DNA of 53,908 nucleotides, filler included, from Bdellovibrionales bacterium RIFOXYD12_FULL_39_22 (GTDB lineage Bacteria; Bdellovibrionota; Bacteriovoracia; Bacteriovoracales; Bacteriovoracaceae): NCBI GenBank assembly GCA_001770205.1. It is 3 parts of 3 records of this genome, joined end to end, with 100 filler letters (N's around TTAATTAATTAA, not from the genome) between each part and the next. Parts side by side here need not be neighbours in the genome. Positions count along the whole stretch, not along the records: positions 39,131 to 53,908 come from MEQL01000059.1; 2 more parts are not named here. One strand, 5' to 3'. Shown piece by piece: positions 46,701 to 53,908 of this stretch (position 1 is its first letter; each line of letters starts with the position of its first letter). The notes under the pieces were generated by a model. It saw only the letters and a program-made list of their open reading frames with translations, ran no database searches and was not told where the DNA came from. The position numbers and the translations under genes were made by a program.

Positions 46701-49272
46701 GCCCAATAAAAATATTTTTTTTAAAAGAAATAATTTCTGAAACAAAAGGTAATAGTGATGGAAGAGCTAGACTTACTAAATTTAGAATAATCCAAGATCT
46801 AATATTAATACGGGGAATGCAAAAAAGTGCTACGAATAAAAACAGTGTCATGGGTGCAACGAGGGAACGACGAAGATTATCAATCATTTTTAAGCGGCCA
46901 ACTACTGAAATAGCACGGCCTTCCCGGCCTAAAATCCACGGAAGAAGCTGCCAATCTCCTCTCGTCCAACGATGAATCCTGGCCATGGCAACGGAAATGT
47001 GCGATGGAAAATCCTCAAAAAATTCTACATCACTTAGATAACCACAACGTGCAAAGTTCCCTTCAAATAGATCATGACTTAAAATTTTATTTTCAGGGAT
47101 TCTACCCTCCAGTGCTTTTTCAAAAACATCAATATTGTAAATTCCTTTGCCGGAGTAAGATCCTTCTCCAAACAGATCTTGATAAACGTCGGAAACTGAC
47201 GAAGAATAAGGATCAACCCCTCCCGGGGCGGCGGAAATCCGTTGGAAAAATGAGCTGTCTTTATTTCCTGGTAGAGAGGGGGTTATTCGGGGCTGTAATA
47301 CACCATAACCTTCAATTACTCGATTTAATTTAAGATCAAATATAGGCCGATTAAGAGGATGGGCCATGGCCCCAACTAGTTGGGCAACCGCCCCTTTTGG
47401 CATTTTAGTATCCGCATCTAACGTTATTACGTAGATGATGTCTGTTGGTATTTTGGCCGGAAATTCAGGTAGTCGTATAAATGAAGTATCCATGGCCCCC
47501 CGGAGAAGGCGATTAAATTCATGGAGCTTTCCACGTTTTCTCTCCCAACCAATCCATTTTTGTTCGAAGGGATTCCACTGTCTTTTACGATGGAAAATAA
47601 AAAAACGACTGTTACCATCAGGTGCCGGCCCATATTTTTTGTTGAGATCATTTAGATTTTCTATGGCAATACTTAGCATTTTTTCATCATCTGCCATATA
47701 TTCATTTTCTGCATCAGGCCAATCAGATAGCAAGGCCAGATAAACGGCACCATCAGGATTAGAGAGATAATGTACCTCTAGTTCCTTCACTTGATTTGCG
47801 ATTTCGTTATCATTATCAAAGAGCGTGGGCACCACCACAAATGTTTTCAAATGGGCCGGAATACCGTCTGATAATTTAAGTCTTGGAATATGTCGTGGGC
47901 CCAAAAATCTTACCGTAAAATAATTTACAAATGCAATGGCAATCTCGGACGCTGGAAAGACACCTAAAAAAGCAAGAATAATAGAAATTGGGGAGTAAAA
48001 AACAAAAAATTGGGATGATTTAAAGACAAGAAATAATAATATTAAAGTAAAAACAAAAATGCTTCCTATATATATTACTTCGCGGTGGTAAATATAAAAG
48101 CGAAGTAAGCGTTTACTAATTTTAGTCTTAAATCCGATTTCTTTTTCGAAGACATAGCGGCCAGAAGAGATAAGATATTGTCCAAAATCGGTCTTCTTAA
48201 AAACGGATGCCGCAACGCTGATCTCTGGGATTTTTGCTCCCAGCGCAATTTCCTCTAATCCGTGACGATAACGATCGCGGGTAATGAAATCCATTTTAGA
48301 ATAAAGTGGATCAGCGCGAAATATTTCATCAACTAGACTTACTTCCTCAAAAAAAGTATGCCAGTCAAAGGCCGACATAAGACGCATGCTAGTTATAATA
48401 TTTCTGACGGTGGCATTGGCCACGGATTGACGATTGTGTTCTTCGGGAACTATTCCATCTGCCACTAGACCCGATGCGGCCAGACGTTCATCAAGCCATT
48501 TAAGAACTGGCATTACCTTAGAGTCTTGAAATCTTAGTCTTTGAATTAGTTGTACTGCAAATCCTGATTGCAGAGGAAGTTGTTTTTTATCATCATCTTT
48601 AAGTTTTTTTAAAATTTGATCGATTGTTCGTGTTGCCAGGATGTCATGTTTTATATTACTAAGGCCTAAGATTTCATCTGCCATCAGGTCTGCTTTCTTT
48701 TGTCCAATCTGAGCGCCAACTATGCGCGCACTGATGCGGGCCAAGTTTTCAATCATAATTATTCTAAGTGTAATCGAAATGGCCCAAAGTTCACCAATGG
48801 TAAGTGGTTGCACTGTCTGATATGATTTTACAAAACGTTTTATTAAATCTGCATCAAAGAGACTTTCATTGTGCGCAACATAGGCCCAAGCAATGCCATA
48901 GACACGCGGATATCCAGTTAGATGTCCAATTGAGAGTTTTGGAAGTTCATTATAGTATTCCGGAGGCATTTGTTCTTTAATATCTCGAAGCTGTTCTTCA
49001 ACCAAATGAAAATTGTCAATTAACCATTCTGCGGCCGGGGTTATTGCTCTTAGTTCATCAACTGATGTTGTAATTTGTCTGTAGGCCTCGATTAATACTA
49101 ACTTATTTTGTTCAACTCTATTTGCTAGATTTATTCCGCGGCATGGATTCGGTGAGATTTTTTGTGCTAGCGCTAAACTTACTCCATGTCGCTCTAAACT
49201 TGCCGCACTAAAATGTTCGGAGCGAATTGGATCTGCGAAATCGCAAAAGACATTAGGCGATATTCTTCTCAT
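40714..49272 (-). CDS. ndvB: Cyclic beta-1,2-glucan synthase (GT84 + GH94 phosphorylase domains)
   Basis: 2852 aa; EWLIDNFH, GWERKRGKL, TLDADT, LSHDLFEG, RIHRWTRGDWQ, YLPPDNFQE, YDLLASEARL, GAYGFRDQLQD, GDWNDGMN, RGGWTWYTGS. Confidence 0.95.
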   Translation of the reverse strand: MRRISPNVFCDFADPIRSEHFSAASLERHGVSLALAQKISPNPCRGINLANRVEQNKLVLIEAYRQITTSVDELRAITPAAEWLIDNFHLVEEQLRDIKEQMPPEYYNELPKLSIGHLTGYPRVYGIAWAYVAHNESLFDADLIKRFVKSYQTVQPLTIGELWAISITLRIIMIENLARISARIVGAQIGQKKADLMADEILGLSNIKHDILATRTIDQILKKLKDDDKKQLPLQSGFAVQLIQRLRFQDSKVMPVLKWLDERLAASGLVADGIVPEEHNRQSVANATVRNIITSMRLMSAFDWHTFFEEVSLVDEIFRADPLYSKMDFITRDRYRHGLEEIALGAKIPEISVAASVFKKTDFGQYLISSGRYVFEKEIGFKTKISKRLLRFYIYHREVIYIGSIFVFTLILLFLVFKSSQFFVFYSPISIILAFLGVFPASEIAIAFVNYFTVRFLGPRHIPRLKLSDGIPAHLKTFVVVPTLFDNDNEIANQVKELEVHYLSNPDGAVYLALLSDWPDAENEYMADDEKMLSIAIENLNDLNKKYGPAPDGNSRFFIFHRKRQWNPFEQKWIGWERKRGKLHEFNRLLRGAMDTSFIRLPEFPAKIPTDIIYVITLDADTKMPKGAVAQLVGAMAHPLNRPIFDLKLNRVIEGYGVLQPRITPSLPGNKDSSFFQRISAAPGGVDPYSSSVSDVYQDLFGEGSYSGKGIYNIDVFEKALEGRIPENKILSHDLFEGNFARCGYLSDVEFFEDFPSHISVAMARIHRWTRGDWQLLPWILGREGRAISVVGRLKMIDNLRRSLVAPMTLFLFVALFCIPRINIRSWIILNLVSLALPSLLPFVSEIISFKKNIFIGQRLRSLSEDLFLVFHRFLFNIILLPHQAKIYLDAIGKALYRQIISKHNLLEWTTSQTSKNSVSLTLKSFLVTMIFDEIFLLLLIALLSINSKKLAVALPFLVLWILSPLVAYLASLPPSNEKIRPLEKEDISLLKNSARRIWRFFTTFVTEEENYLPPDNFQEDPKAVIAHRSSPTNFGLYLLSIIAARDFGWIGVIEMVTRLQNTINTLKKLPRHQGHFFNWYNTIDCKALMPRYISSVDNGNLAGHLLVVAQALEEIEKSPIPSCRVLHKGLCSDSLRLLRETLLLSKSSDKKRNLTVNQAQLFIISDELEKLLSFPLDNTWPEILKTTDTLVDLAKTFADERGEIQKSEILNWAKLIDTEIKSHIKDLSLQSSDGAIKIIATTKELAATCRNICYEMDFNFLYNHSKKLFSIGYRMSDGLLDDSYYDLLASEARLLSFVAIAKGDISSKHWFRLGRALTRVERGAALISWSGSIFEYLMPSLVMNTPAQTLLGQTCRLVVKKQILYGAEKGVPWGISESTYNERDLHLTYQYKAFGVPGMGLKRGIENDLVIAPYATILAAMYAPNDAVKNLRNLSFAYGMYGFYDAVDFTKQRIPQNANSSVVKTYMAHHQGMSLIAIANVLLHGIFRKRFHREPIVQATELLLQERIPRNVVIEKTRLKPSEVEHIHDKNEIITRRYFSADQLVPPTNLLSNGNYSVMMTAAGSGYSRFRDISVTRWREDVTRDHYGSYIFLRRTGPKRESNKIWSAGYLPTSIKADQYEVIFAEDRVKISRKDDEITSNLEIFVSPEDNAEIRRLSLTNNGSTIIEIEVTSYAEVVLNIYASDIAHPAFSNLFIQTEYAKEITSLLATRRPRSSNESPLWLAHVISTDSNAIGEIEYETDRANFIGRGRSISNPVSIFDGKPLSNTVGPVLDPMLALRTRVRILPGTTAKVTYSTAIALSKDEILKLADKLRDNSTFERISNLAWTQAQVSLHYLGIEHHEAHLFQELANRFIYLDFSLRSSGEILKRNKKDVSALWAYGISGDNPIVLVRVGDIEKLAIIRQLLRAHEYWGTKGLVVDLIILNEKSVSYSQELQKAIETMVQGSVITSGSYLPQTKGKVFVLRAEILSKEDQNLLQAAARAILVADHGSLAEQVKRRVIANTRPVKSIQSKFVSFEIPFLKRYFLSGPVPVKLNLPSLDFFNGLGGFFQQGKEYIIHLKKNQQTPAPWINVIANPQFGFQVSESGAGYTWSLNSRENQITPWSNDPVCDPSGECFYISDQDSGKLWSPTASPIRIEEAEYITHHGQGYSRFETINDGIYSDLTQFVHWEAPIKVSKLILNNFSKEKRNLSVIGYIEWVLGFSRITCAPYIITELLETKILQNDTQIVLAHNPFSRDFGKRISFATFLGGNDAITCDRTEFLGRNGNISKPAAIFSNSKIGAGLDPCSAIKKNIFLRPGQSITIVFLLGQTDNRAEIQTILEKIVKGKEDLSGIDLALLEVQEKWNDLLTQIQVETPDLAMNIMLNRWLLYQTIVCRLWARSAFYQAGGAYGFRDQLQDSLALVWADPSTTRAQIIRASSRQFIEGDVQHWWHTSLGQGVRTHFSDDLLWLPFVVAHYLKVTEDNSVLNEQVSFLEGPLLKQDQEDSFYVPDISKEVGSVYEHCARAIDHSLAVGVGVHGLPLMGSGDWNDGMNRVGIGGKGESVWLAWFIYANLVSFVKIAQTRCSKQEDGRAQRWHQYAENLKATIEKNAWDGAWYRRAFFDDGTPLGSSSNSECKIDSIAQTWGVISGASDSPQMREHVEQAMKSVEEFLIKPHDNIILLFSPPFDQTIRDPGYIKGYLPGVRENGGHYSHAGIWCIYAYAGLGKGQQAVELFSMLNPINHSSTRAKVHRYKVEPYVLSADIYSMPPYVGRGGWTWYTGSSAWMYRAGIESILGLRLTGNKLQIEPHIHPEWKKYKIHYRYYQTDYEIEVKNPNGLSNKKIDCDEANYPTIFLINDKVKHYIKLQL

Positions 49273-49572
49273 TTGCGGCGTTCTCCATGAAATTATTTTG
49301 ATACAATTAAAGATAAATTTGGCACGTTTAATTATAAAATTACGCAGATCATAACTTTATTTTTTTAGCAAAGACCCAACGGAATATTAATAACCGTTCA
49401 TGTTCAATAGTGGATTTACATACGTGATCGGTATTTTTATGTTGCGTATAGGGTTATGAGTTGGCCTGAGGAACAAAGTTGTTGAAGGGACATTTTGAGT
49501 GTTGGCAACCAAGATACCGACATACCTTTTCTCAAGATATTATTTTTTTTGCATACAAATAACTTCCGCTGA

Positions 49573-50244
49573 CTACGAAAGAACTTGCTTTAGCAGATAC
49601 GAGGATGGCCGGTGAAGGATCTCTTCTTTTAGTGGATTAAAGCGAGCAATTAAATCCGGTGGAGGATGAAACCTCAGATCTGGAAATAGTTTTTTTATTA
49701 CATCGCCACTCATCGCTAGCACCGATGAATATAAATCCATTACCGTAGGTGAACTAAATTTCTTTTGCGGATTTTTTAGCACATATTGCAAGGCGATTTT
49801 AATTTCGCGAGGGGATGAAAGTAATCGCATCCAGTAACGATCCTGCCACAGTTTTTTAATGCGTCCACTTACTCTATAGTTAACAAGTTTTGAAAGCGAC
49901 AATGCAAAACTTTGCATTCCCTTTGATAACTCTTCGTTGTTTGCCGCCTCGATAATAAGGTGCAGGTGATTGTGCATTAGGGAATAGTGAACAATTCTAA
50001 GGCCTCTTCTCCTGGCCGTTTTAACTGCTTGCCGAAATAGTTTGAAAAAATCTTTAGTGCGAAGATTAATGCTGGTGAGTGATTCTTTCAAGTGGAGATT
50101 TACATGGATGGCCATGTTGCGCTTTATGCGAGGTCTTTCAACATGAGAAATAAACTTGCTGCTTTTGGGCCGTCCACTGCCTATGCGCGATCCTCCATGC
50201 CCACTCATCCCCTTTAGTCGTAGTTGATTTTTATCTTTTTTCAT
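49573..50244 (-). CDS. Y1 HUH transposase, REP-associated (RAYT)/IS200-like
   Basis: GGSRIGSGRPK, YSLMHNHLHLIIE (HUH), LWQDRY, YVLKNP (catalytic Tyr). Start probably at MKKDK (50244). Confidence 0.88.
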   Translation of the reverse strand: MKKDKNQLRLKGMSGHGGSRIGSGRPKSSKFISHVERPRIKRNMAIHVNLHLKESLTSINLRTKDFFKLFRQAVKTARRRGLRIVHYSLMHNHLHLIIEAANNEELSKGMQSFALSLSKLVNYRVSGRIKKLWQDRYWMRLLSSPREIKIALQYVLKNPQKKFSSPTVMDLYSSVLAMSGDVIKKLFPDLRFHPPPDLIARFNPLKEEILHRPSSYLLKQVLS

Positions 50245-50559
50245 ATCAATCCTATTTCCTAATGCATGAATATGGCATATCTGATAGTAGAAGTAAAGAA
50301 AAACATGCCGAAGAGAGGCAATATGCAATTAGAGAGTATTAAGAAAAATTTAATGGTAAAGAGTTGTTGGCCTTGCTTAGGGTTAATGGTATTTTAATTC
50401 TTGATTCCACTTCAATAACACTTTTGCCAGAAAATTATGAATTTTATTTCATTTTAAGTTTGGTCTTTGTTCATTGATAGTATGTTAGTTGTATTTCGCT
50501 GAAGAAACGAGGACTGAACATACATTATTTGGCAGTTTTCAACAACAAAAGGAAAAATT

Positions 50560-50865
50560 ATGACAAACATCGGAGCAGAAAAAATTGTTACAAATTTAAA
50601 GGGAGTTGTCCAAGAGGCCGAGGACTTACTGATTGCTACAGCTGAAATGGCCGGAGAAAAAGTTCATGATATTACAGATAGATTTAAATCATCATATGAG
50701 TCTGTAAAAGTACCTATGAAGAACTTTGAAAACCAGCTTATTGATTGGGCGAAGAGCGCAGATAGACTGGTTCGCAGGTATCCATACCAAGCAGCTGGTA
50801 CTGCTTTTGGAATTGGTATTGTATTGAGTGTACTAGGAATAATGAAAATGAGACGAAATAAATAA
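50560..50865 (+). CDS. ElaB/YqjD/DUF883-family membrane-anchored protein
   Basis: LKGVVQEAEDLL..TA; ADRLVRRYPYQAAGTAFGIG; C-terminal TM followed by a basic tail. Confidence 0.88.
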   Translation: MTNIGAEKIVTNLKGVVQEAEDLLIATAEMAGEKVHDITDRFKSSYESVKVPMKNFENQLIDWAKSADRLVRRYPYQAAGTAFGIGIVLSVLGIMKMRRNK

Positions 50866-50932
50866 TAGAAAAAGACCATAGGACCTTGTGTGTTCTATGG
50901 CAACTCTGAATTGGTCACATTCATTCAGGGTG

Positions 50933-51041
50933 GGAAAACAGACTCTTCTAATGGTAGGACGGGTTTTTGTTACATGTTCTATTGTAACAGAGCGAGTGAC
51001 CGCTCTCCTGAATGTGGGTTCAATTCCCTCGTCTGTTTTCC
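50933..51041 (+). ncRNA. tRNA-like structured RNA with extended acceptor stem and branched anticodon arm
   Basis: 11-bp closing stem GGAAAACAGAC/GTCTGTTTTCC, D arm TTCT-AATGGT-AGGA, T arm GTGGG-TTCAATT-CCCTC, two internal hairpins, followed by a T run. Confidence 0.55.
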
Positions 51042-51079
51042 TTTTTTTATGCTGAAATAATTAACCATAAGGAGCAACA

Positions 51080-51418
51080 ATGTTTGAACAATTTAAGCTC
51101 ATGAATTTTCCAAGCAGTAAGAAAAAATTTAGCAAAGAGACAGTTTTTCGGGGAAACAATGCCGTTGCATCATTTCAGGATTTTCAAAAAGTTGAAGAGC
51201 ATTGGGGTAAAGGATTTGACTGGATAAGAAAATATAAAGTTATTCTTATGGCCGGCCTTGCTTTGACTCAAATTTTTTTGGGCAATCGAAAATTAGCAAA
51301 GCAGGGTTTTTTAGCTAGTATTGTTTCCAGCGGATTAATTTTTAGATTAGGAGATGCCTTCTTTAGAGGCCATAAAAACGCAGAATGCCTAACATCTGAT
51401 AAGCAAATAATACATTAA
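51080..51418 (+). CDS. Small membrane protein, possibly YqjK-like
   Basis: AAGGAG RBS; GFDWIRKY followed by a hydrophobic helix; lies near the yqjD-like gene. Confidence 0.45.
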   Translation: MFEQFKLMNFPSSKKKFSKETVFRGNNAVASFQDFQKVEEHWGKGFDWIRKYKVILMAGLALTQIFLGNRKLAKQGFLASIVSSGLIFRLGDAFFRGHKNAECLTSDKQIIH

Positions 51419-51599
51419 ATATAAATATAATCACAATGCTATTCTGGGATTATAAGAAAAACATTTTTTACGGGCCGAACAGGCCGTGGATGAAATTATT
51501 TTAAGAAAAATCGTCTAATTTTCTAACCAATCACTAATTAATCGCTAGGCGACCAGCAATTTACTTTTTTTTTGCTAAAAATTTGCATAGAATGAATCT

Positions 51600-52118
51600 A
51601 TGGATTTGCGAAATACTCTAAAATTGGTTCATAGTTTATTTTCCGAAAACAAGATAGATCATGCCCTTATCGGTGGATTGGGTCTCTCCTGCTATGGTTC
51701 AACTCGAGCCACTATCGATCTTGACTTGCTCATCCACGAAAACAATCGAAATTGCGCAAAGGATTTGTTATTGGCCAATGGATTTTCGATGGACTATGAG
51801 TCCGAAGAGGTTTTACAGTTTTCAGGAATTGGATATGTGGATCTTCTGATTGCCAGAAGGCCTATCTCTCAAAATATTTTAAGGAATTCGAATAGTGGTG
51901 GCCCCGAGGGTATTAAATTTGTCAGAGCGGAAGATTTGATCGGCCTAAAAATACAGGCATATAAAAACGACCGAACGAGGGAATTTCAGGATAAAGCTGA
52001 TATACAATTTCTAATTGAATCTATCGATAATTTGGATTGGAATTTAATCAAAAAGTACGCTGACCTATTTGGCGAATGGGATAAAATCAATGAAATTAAG
52101 AGCAAAAATAAATCTTGA
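51600..52118 (+). CDS. Nucleotidyltransferase (MNT/DUF6036-like)
   Basis: ALIGGLGL..YG..RATIDLDLL, VDLL, EDLIGLKIQA, R..QDKADIQFL. Confidence 0.85.
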   Translation: MDLRNTLKLVHSLFSENKIDHALIGGLGLSCYGSTRATIDLDLLIHENNRNCAKDLLLANGFSMDYESEEVLQFSGIGYVDLLIARRPISQNILRNSNSGGPEGIKFVRAEDLIGLKIQAYKNDRTREFQDKADIQFLIESIDNLDWNLIKKYADLFGEWDKINEIKSKNKS

Positions 52119-52212
52119 TGATTTTTTTAAATTTTTAGAAGATTATTTTTTTCTTTTTAATTTTAAAAAGAGAAAACGCAAAAAAATGACAGGTAATCAT
52201 TTTTTGCTCTGA
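52090..52212 (+). CDS. 40-aa partner of the nucleotidyltransferase (not in the ORF track)
   Basis: MKLRAKINLDDFFKFLEDYFFLFNFKKRKRKKMTGNHFLL; overlaps the MNT 3' end. Confidence 0.5.
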   Translation: MKLRAKINLDDFFKFLEDYFFLFNFKKRKRKKMTGNHFLL

Positions 52213-52230
52213 TAGATATATACTTTCATG

Positions 52231-52301
52231 GACTACGAAAAAAACTTGCTTTAGCAGATATGAGGTTGGCCGCTGAAGGATCTCTTTTTTTTAGTGGATT
52301 A
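52231..52301 (-). repeat. Degenerate copy of the RAYT gene 3' end
   Basis: Aligns with 49571-49639, with a few substitutions and homopolymer indels. Confidence 0.9.
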
Positions 52302-52438
52302 TCAATGGTAGCTTGTGATTGTTTGTTATGCTGGCCAGAGGATTTGGCATTAAAAATGGAGATAGATTTAATCTCAGTAGAAGTTCCATTCTTTGCTTTG
52401 GATCGGTCAGTGCTATCGCCTGAAATGATGTCGTAATA

Positions 52439-52888
52439 CTATTGAACTGGAATTATTGTCGAAGAGGGCAGAACGATGTCCTTATCATTTTTTTCTACAT
52501 GAATTTCAATAATTCCTTGAGCGTTAATTGAAATATCATGGCCGAATCCACCCCCATTGTCAGAGATTCTGCCAGAAATTCCAATGGCCAGAACACAGAC
52601 ATTGTTCATTTCTTCGATATGAGCAATCCCTGTAGTTTTTTGCTTTCCGGTAGAAAAGGTGAGCATATGAGTTTTGGGAGAATTAAACACGTGAGAATAA
52701 ACTTGGGTCAAAGAAAGAGTTCCCGTTGTGTTGCTATCGATGCTTTTAACCAAAAAGTTTGTAACCGCCTGATCCTTTCGCTCTTTGTAACTTGATTCTA
52801 TTTTTTTTAGCACTGCTGTGCATTTGTCATCTCCAAAGGCATATGATTGTAATAGTCCTAAAAACAGTAAAATCGTCCAAATTTTCAT
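52439..52888 (-). CDS. Secreted hypothetical protein
   Basis: Signal peptide MKIWTILLFLGLLQSYAFG; GGAG RBS. Confidence 0.65.
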   Translation of the reverse strand: MKIWTILLFLGLLQSYAFGDDKCTAVLKKIESSYKERKDQAVTNFLVKSIDSNTTGTLSLTQVYSHVFNSPKTHMLTFSTGKQKTTGIAHIEEMNNVCVLAIGISGRISDNGGGFGHDISINAQGIIEIHVEKNDKDIVLPSSTIIPVQ

Positions 52889-53165
52889 CTGATTCTCTCC
52901 AACGTTATCAAGGAGAGATTTCTTCTCTCACAAGGTGTCTTGTTTGACAAATAAGGTATAGGTTAATTAAACGGGCCTTTTAGTTTTTTGTCAAATATTG
53001 CTAAGCTCATTTTCTTAACTTTTTAGTCAATTTTGGCCGAGTAATTAGATTATGATATTTTTGAAGAAGTTGGCCGCACAAAGTACTCACGCCAAATTTA
53101 CACCAGAGGAGTTGATAGGGCGGTTGATGACGGCAATAACTCCAGGTAATATGTTTTAAATTATA

Positions 53166-53603
53166 TTATTTGCCAAAGAGATCCATTTTATAATTTATAA
53201 AACGTTCGAATTGGTAGGGGTCATAACTTAATGAACTATATTGGGGGATACTTTCCCCAGGTCTATTTGAATCATTGTTAATATAATTTACAATTTGAAG
53301 CATCTCTTCTATGGAATAGCTAGACTCAGACTCTTTAGCTAACGAGACCGCTTTGCTTGGTAATTTGTTATTGATAAATCTATCGAATTGATATGGGTCA
53401 TAAGTTGCCAAACTATAATTGGGGATGTTATCCCCAAGTTTATTTATATCGCCATTCATTTCATCAATTGTTCGAATCATTTCTTTGACAGAAGAGATCA
53501 TCAGCATTTCATCATCCGTTGAAGAGGCCATAACGGATACAGAGGAAGTCATAATAATCAGCGTAAGAAACATATTAAGAAACATATAAGGAAAGCGAAC
53601 CAT
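53166..53603 (-). CDS. Secreted hypothetical protein with an internal duplication
   Basis: Signal peptide; IPNYSLATYDPYQFDRFINNK / IPQYSSLSYDPYQFERFINYK; GAGGAG RBS. Confidence 0.7.
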   Translation of the reverse strand: MVRFPYMFLNMFLTLIIMTSSVSVMASSTDDEMLMISSVKEMIRTIDEMNGDINKLGDNIPNYSLATYDPYQFDRFINNKLPSKAVSLAKESESSYSIEEMLQIVNYINNDSNRPGESIPQYSSLSYDPYQFERFINYKMDLFGK

Positions 53604-53908
53604 GTATCTTCTCCTCGTTGAAAATTAAGAGGCACGGAACTGTGATGTTAATTGAAGTATATCATATCATAAACCCGATAAATTTGAAAGCGTAACGCGT
53701 GACTAACGAATTGTTAATTTTTTAGTTACCAACAACGGAAATAAAGCATTTGTCTCGAAGGAAATAATTTATCCATTTAACACCGATTTTGACAGGCCCT
53801 TAATTTCCACTTATTTGCCTAAACTAGTACTGCGACAATTTAATTTTTGCCGGTTTTGTACTTGAACTTTACCCGAGCCTTCCTTCGCGAAAACTTCCAA
53901 TTTATTTT

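Noticed and set aside
42744..47743. Many short ORFs antisense to or overlapping ndvB, and similar shadow ORFs over other long genes
   Set aside because: They are shadows of long, motif-supported CDSs with no independent evidence.
50968..50989. Amber-suppressor (CTA) anticodon in the tRNA-like RNA, linked to the TAG at 52439
   Set aside because: CTA is not centred in a 7-nt loop on a 5-bp stem; no support for recoding.

Overview
AT-rich bacterial draft-genome window. Gene style suggests a Bdellovibrionota/Oligoflexia-like organism, but that is inference only. There are two 100-nt N gaps carrying an artificial TTAATTAATTAA linker (23760-23859, 39031-39130) and a 12-N gap (24291-24302). (1) 1-21.5 kb is an integrative conjugative element (ICE). 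Its cargo is an IS-truncated pentapeptide/ankyrin gene and a defence cassette (BsuBI/PstI-type R-M + DUF262 + RelA/SpoT-like gene) bracketed by ~190-bp direct repeats. Next come a cluster of parS-like palindromes and a compact T4SS operon, headed by a lipoprotein resembling binary-toxin B/anthrax PA domains. The backbone ends with a coupling protein, a Replic_Relax-type nuclease in place of an HUH relaxase, an oriT-like palindrome, SSB, Xis, a tyrosine integrase, and a degenerate tRNA-Pro 3' half as candidate att. (2) 21.6-25.1 kb holds an XRE regulator, an AbiGi-like two-gene module, an IS91-family element whose empty site can be rebuilt in frame, and a frameshifted TA pair. (3) 25.4-38.6 kb is an array of surface lipoproteins with a shared N-terminus and shuffled jelly-roll/lyase-like modules (one nested inside another), a large repeat adhesin, and a beta-barrel. 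(4) 39.3-53.9 kb holds an orphan histidine kinase, CsbD, cyclic beta-1,2-glucan synthase, a RAYT/Y1 transposase, ElaB/YqjD, a tRNA-like RNA with a branched anticodon arm, an MNT pair and small secreted proteins. All family calls come from motif recognition by eye; no database was searched.
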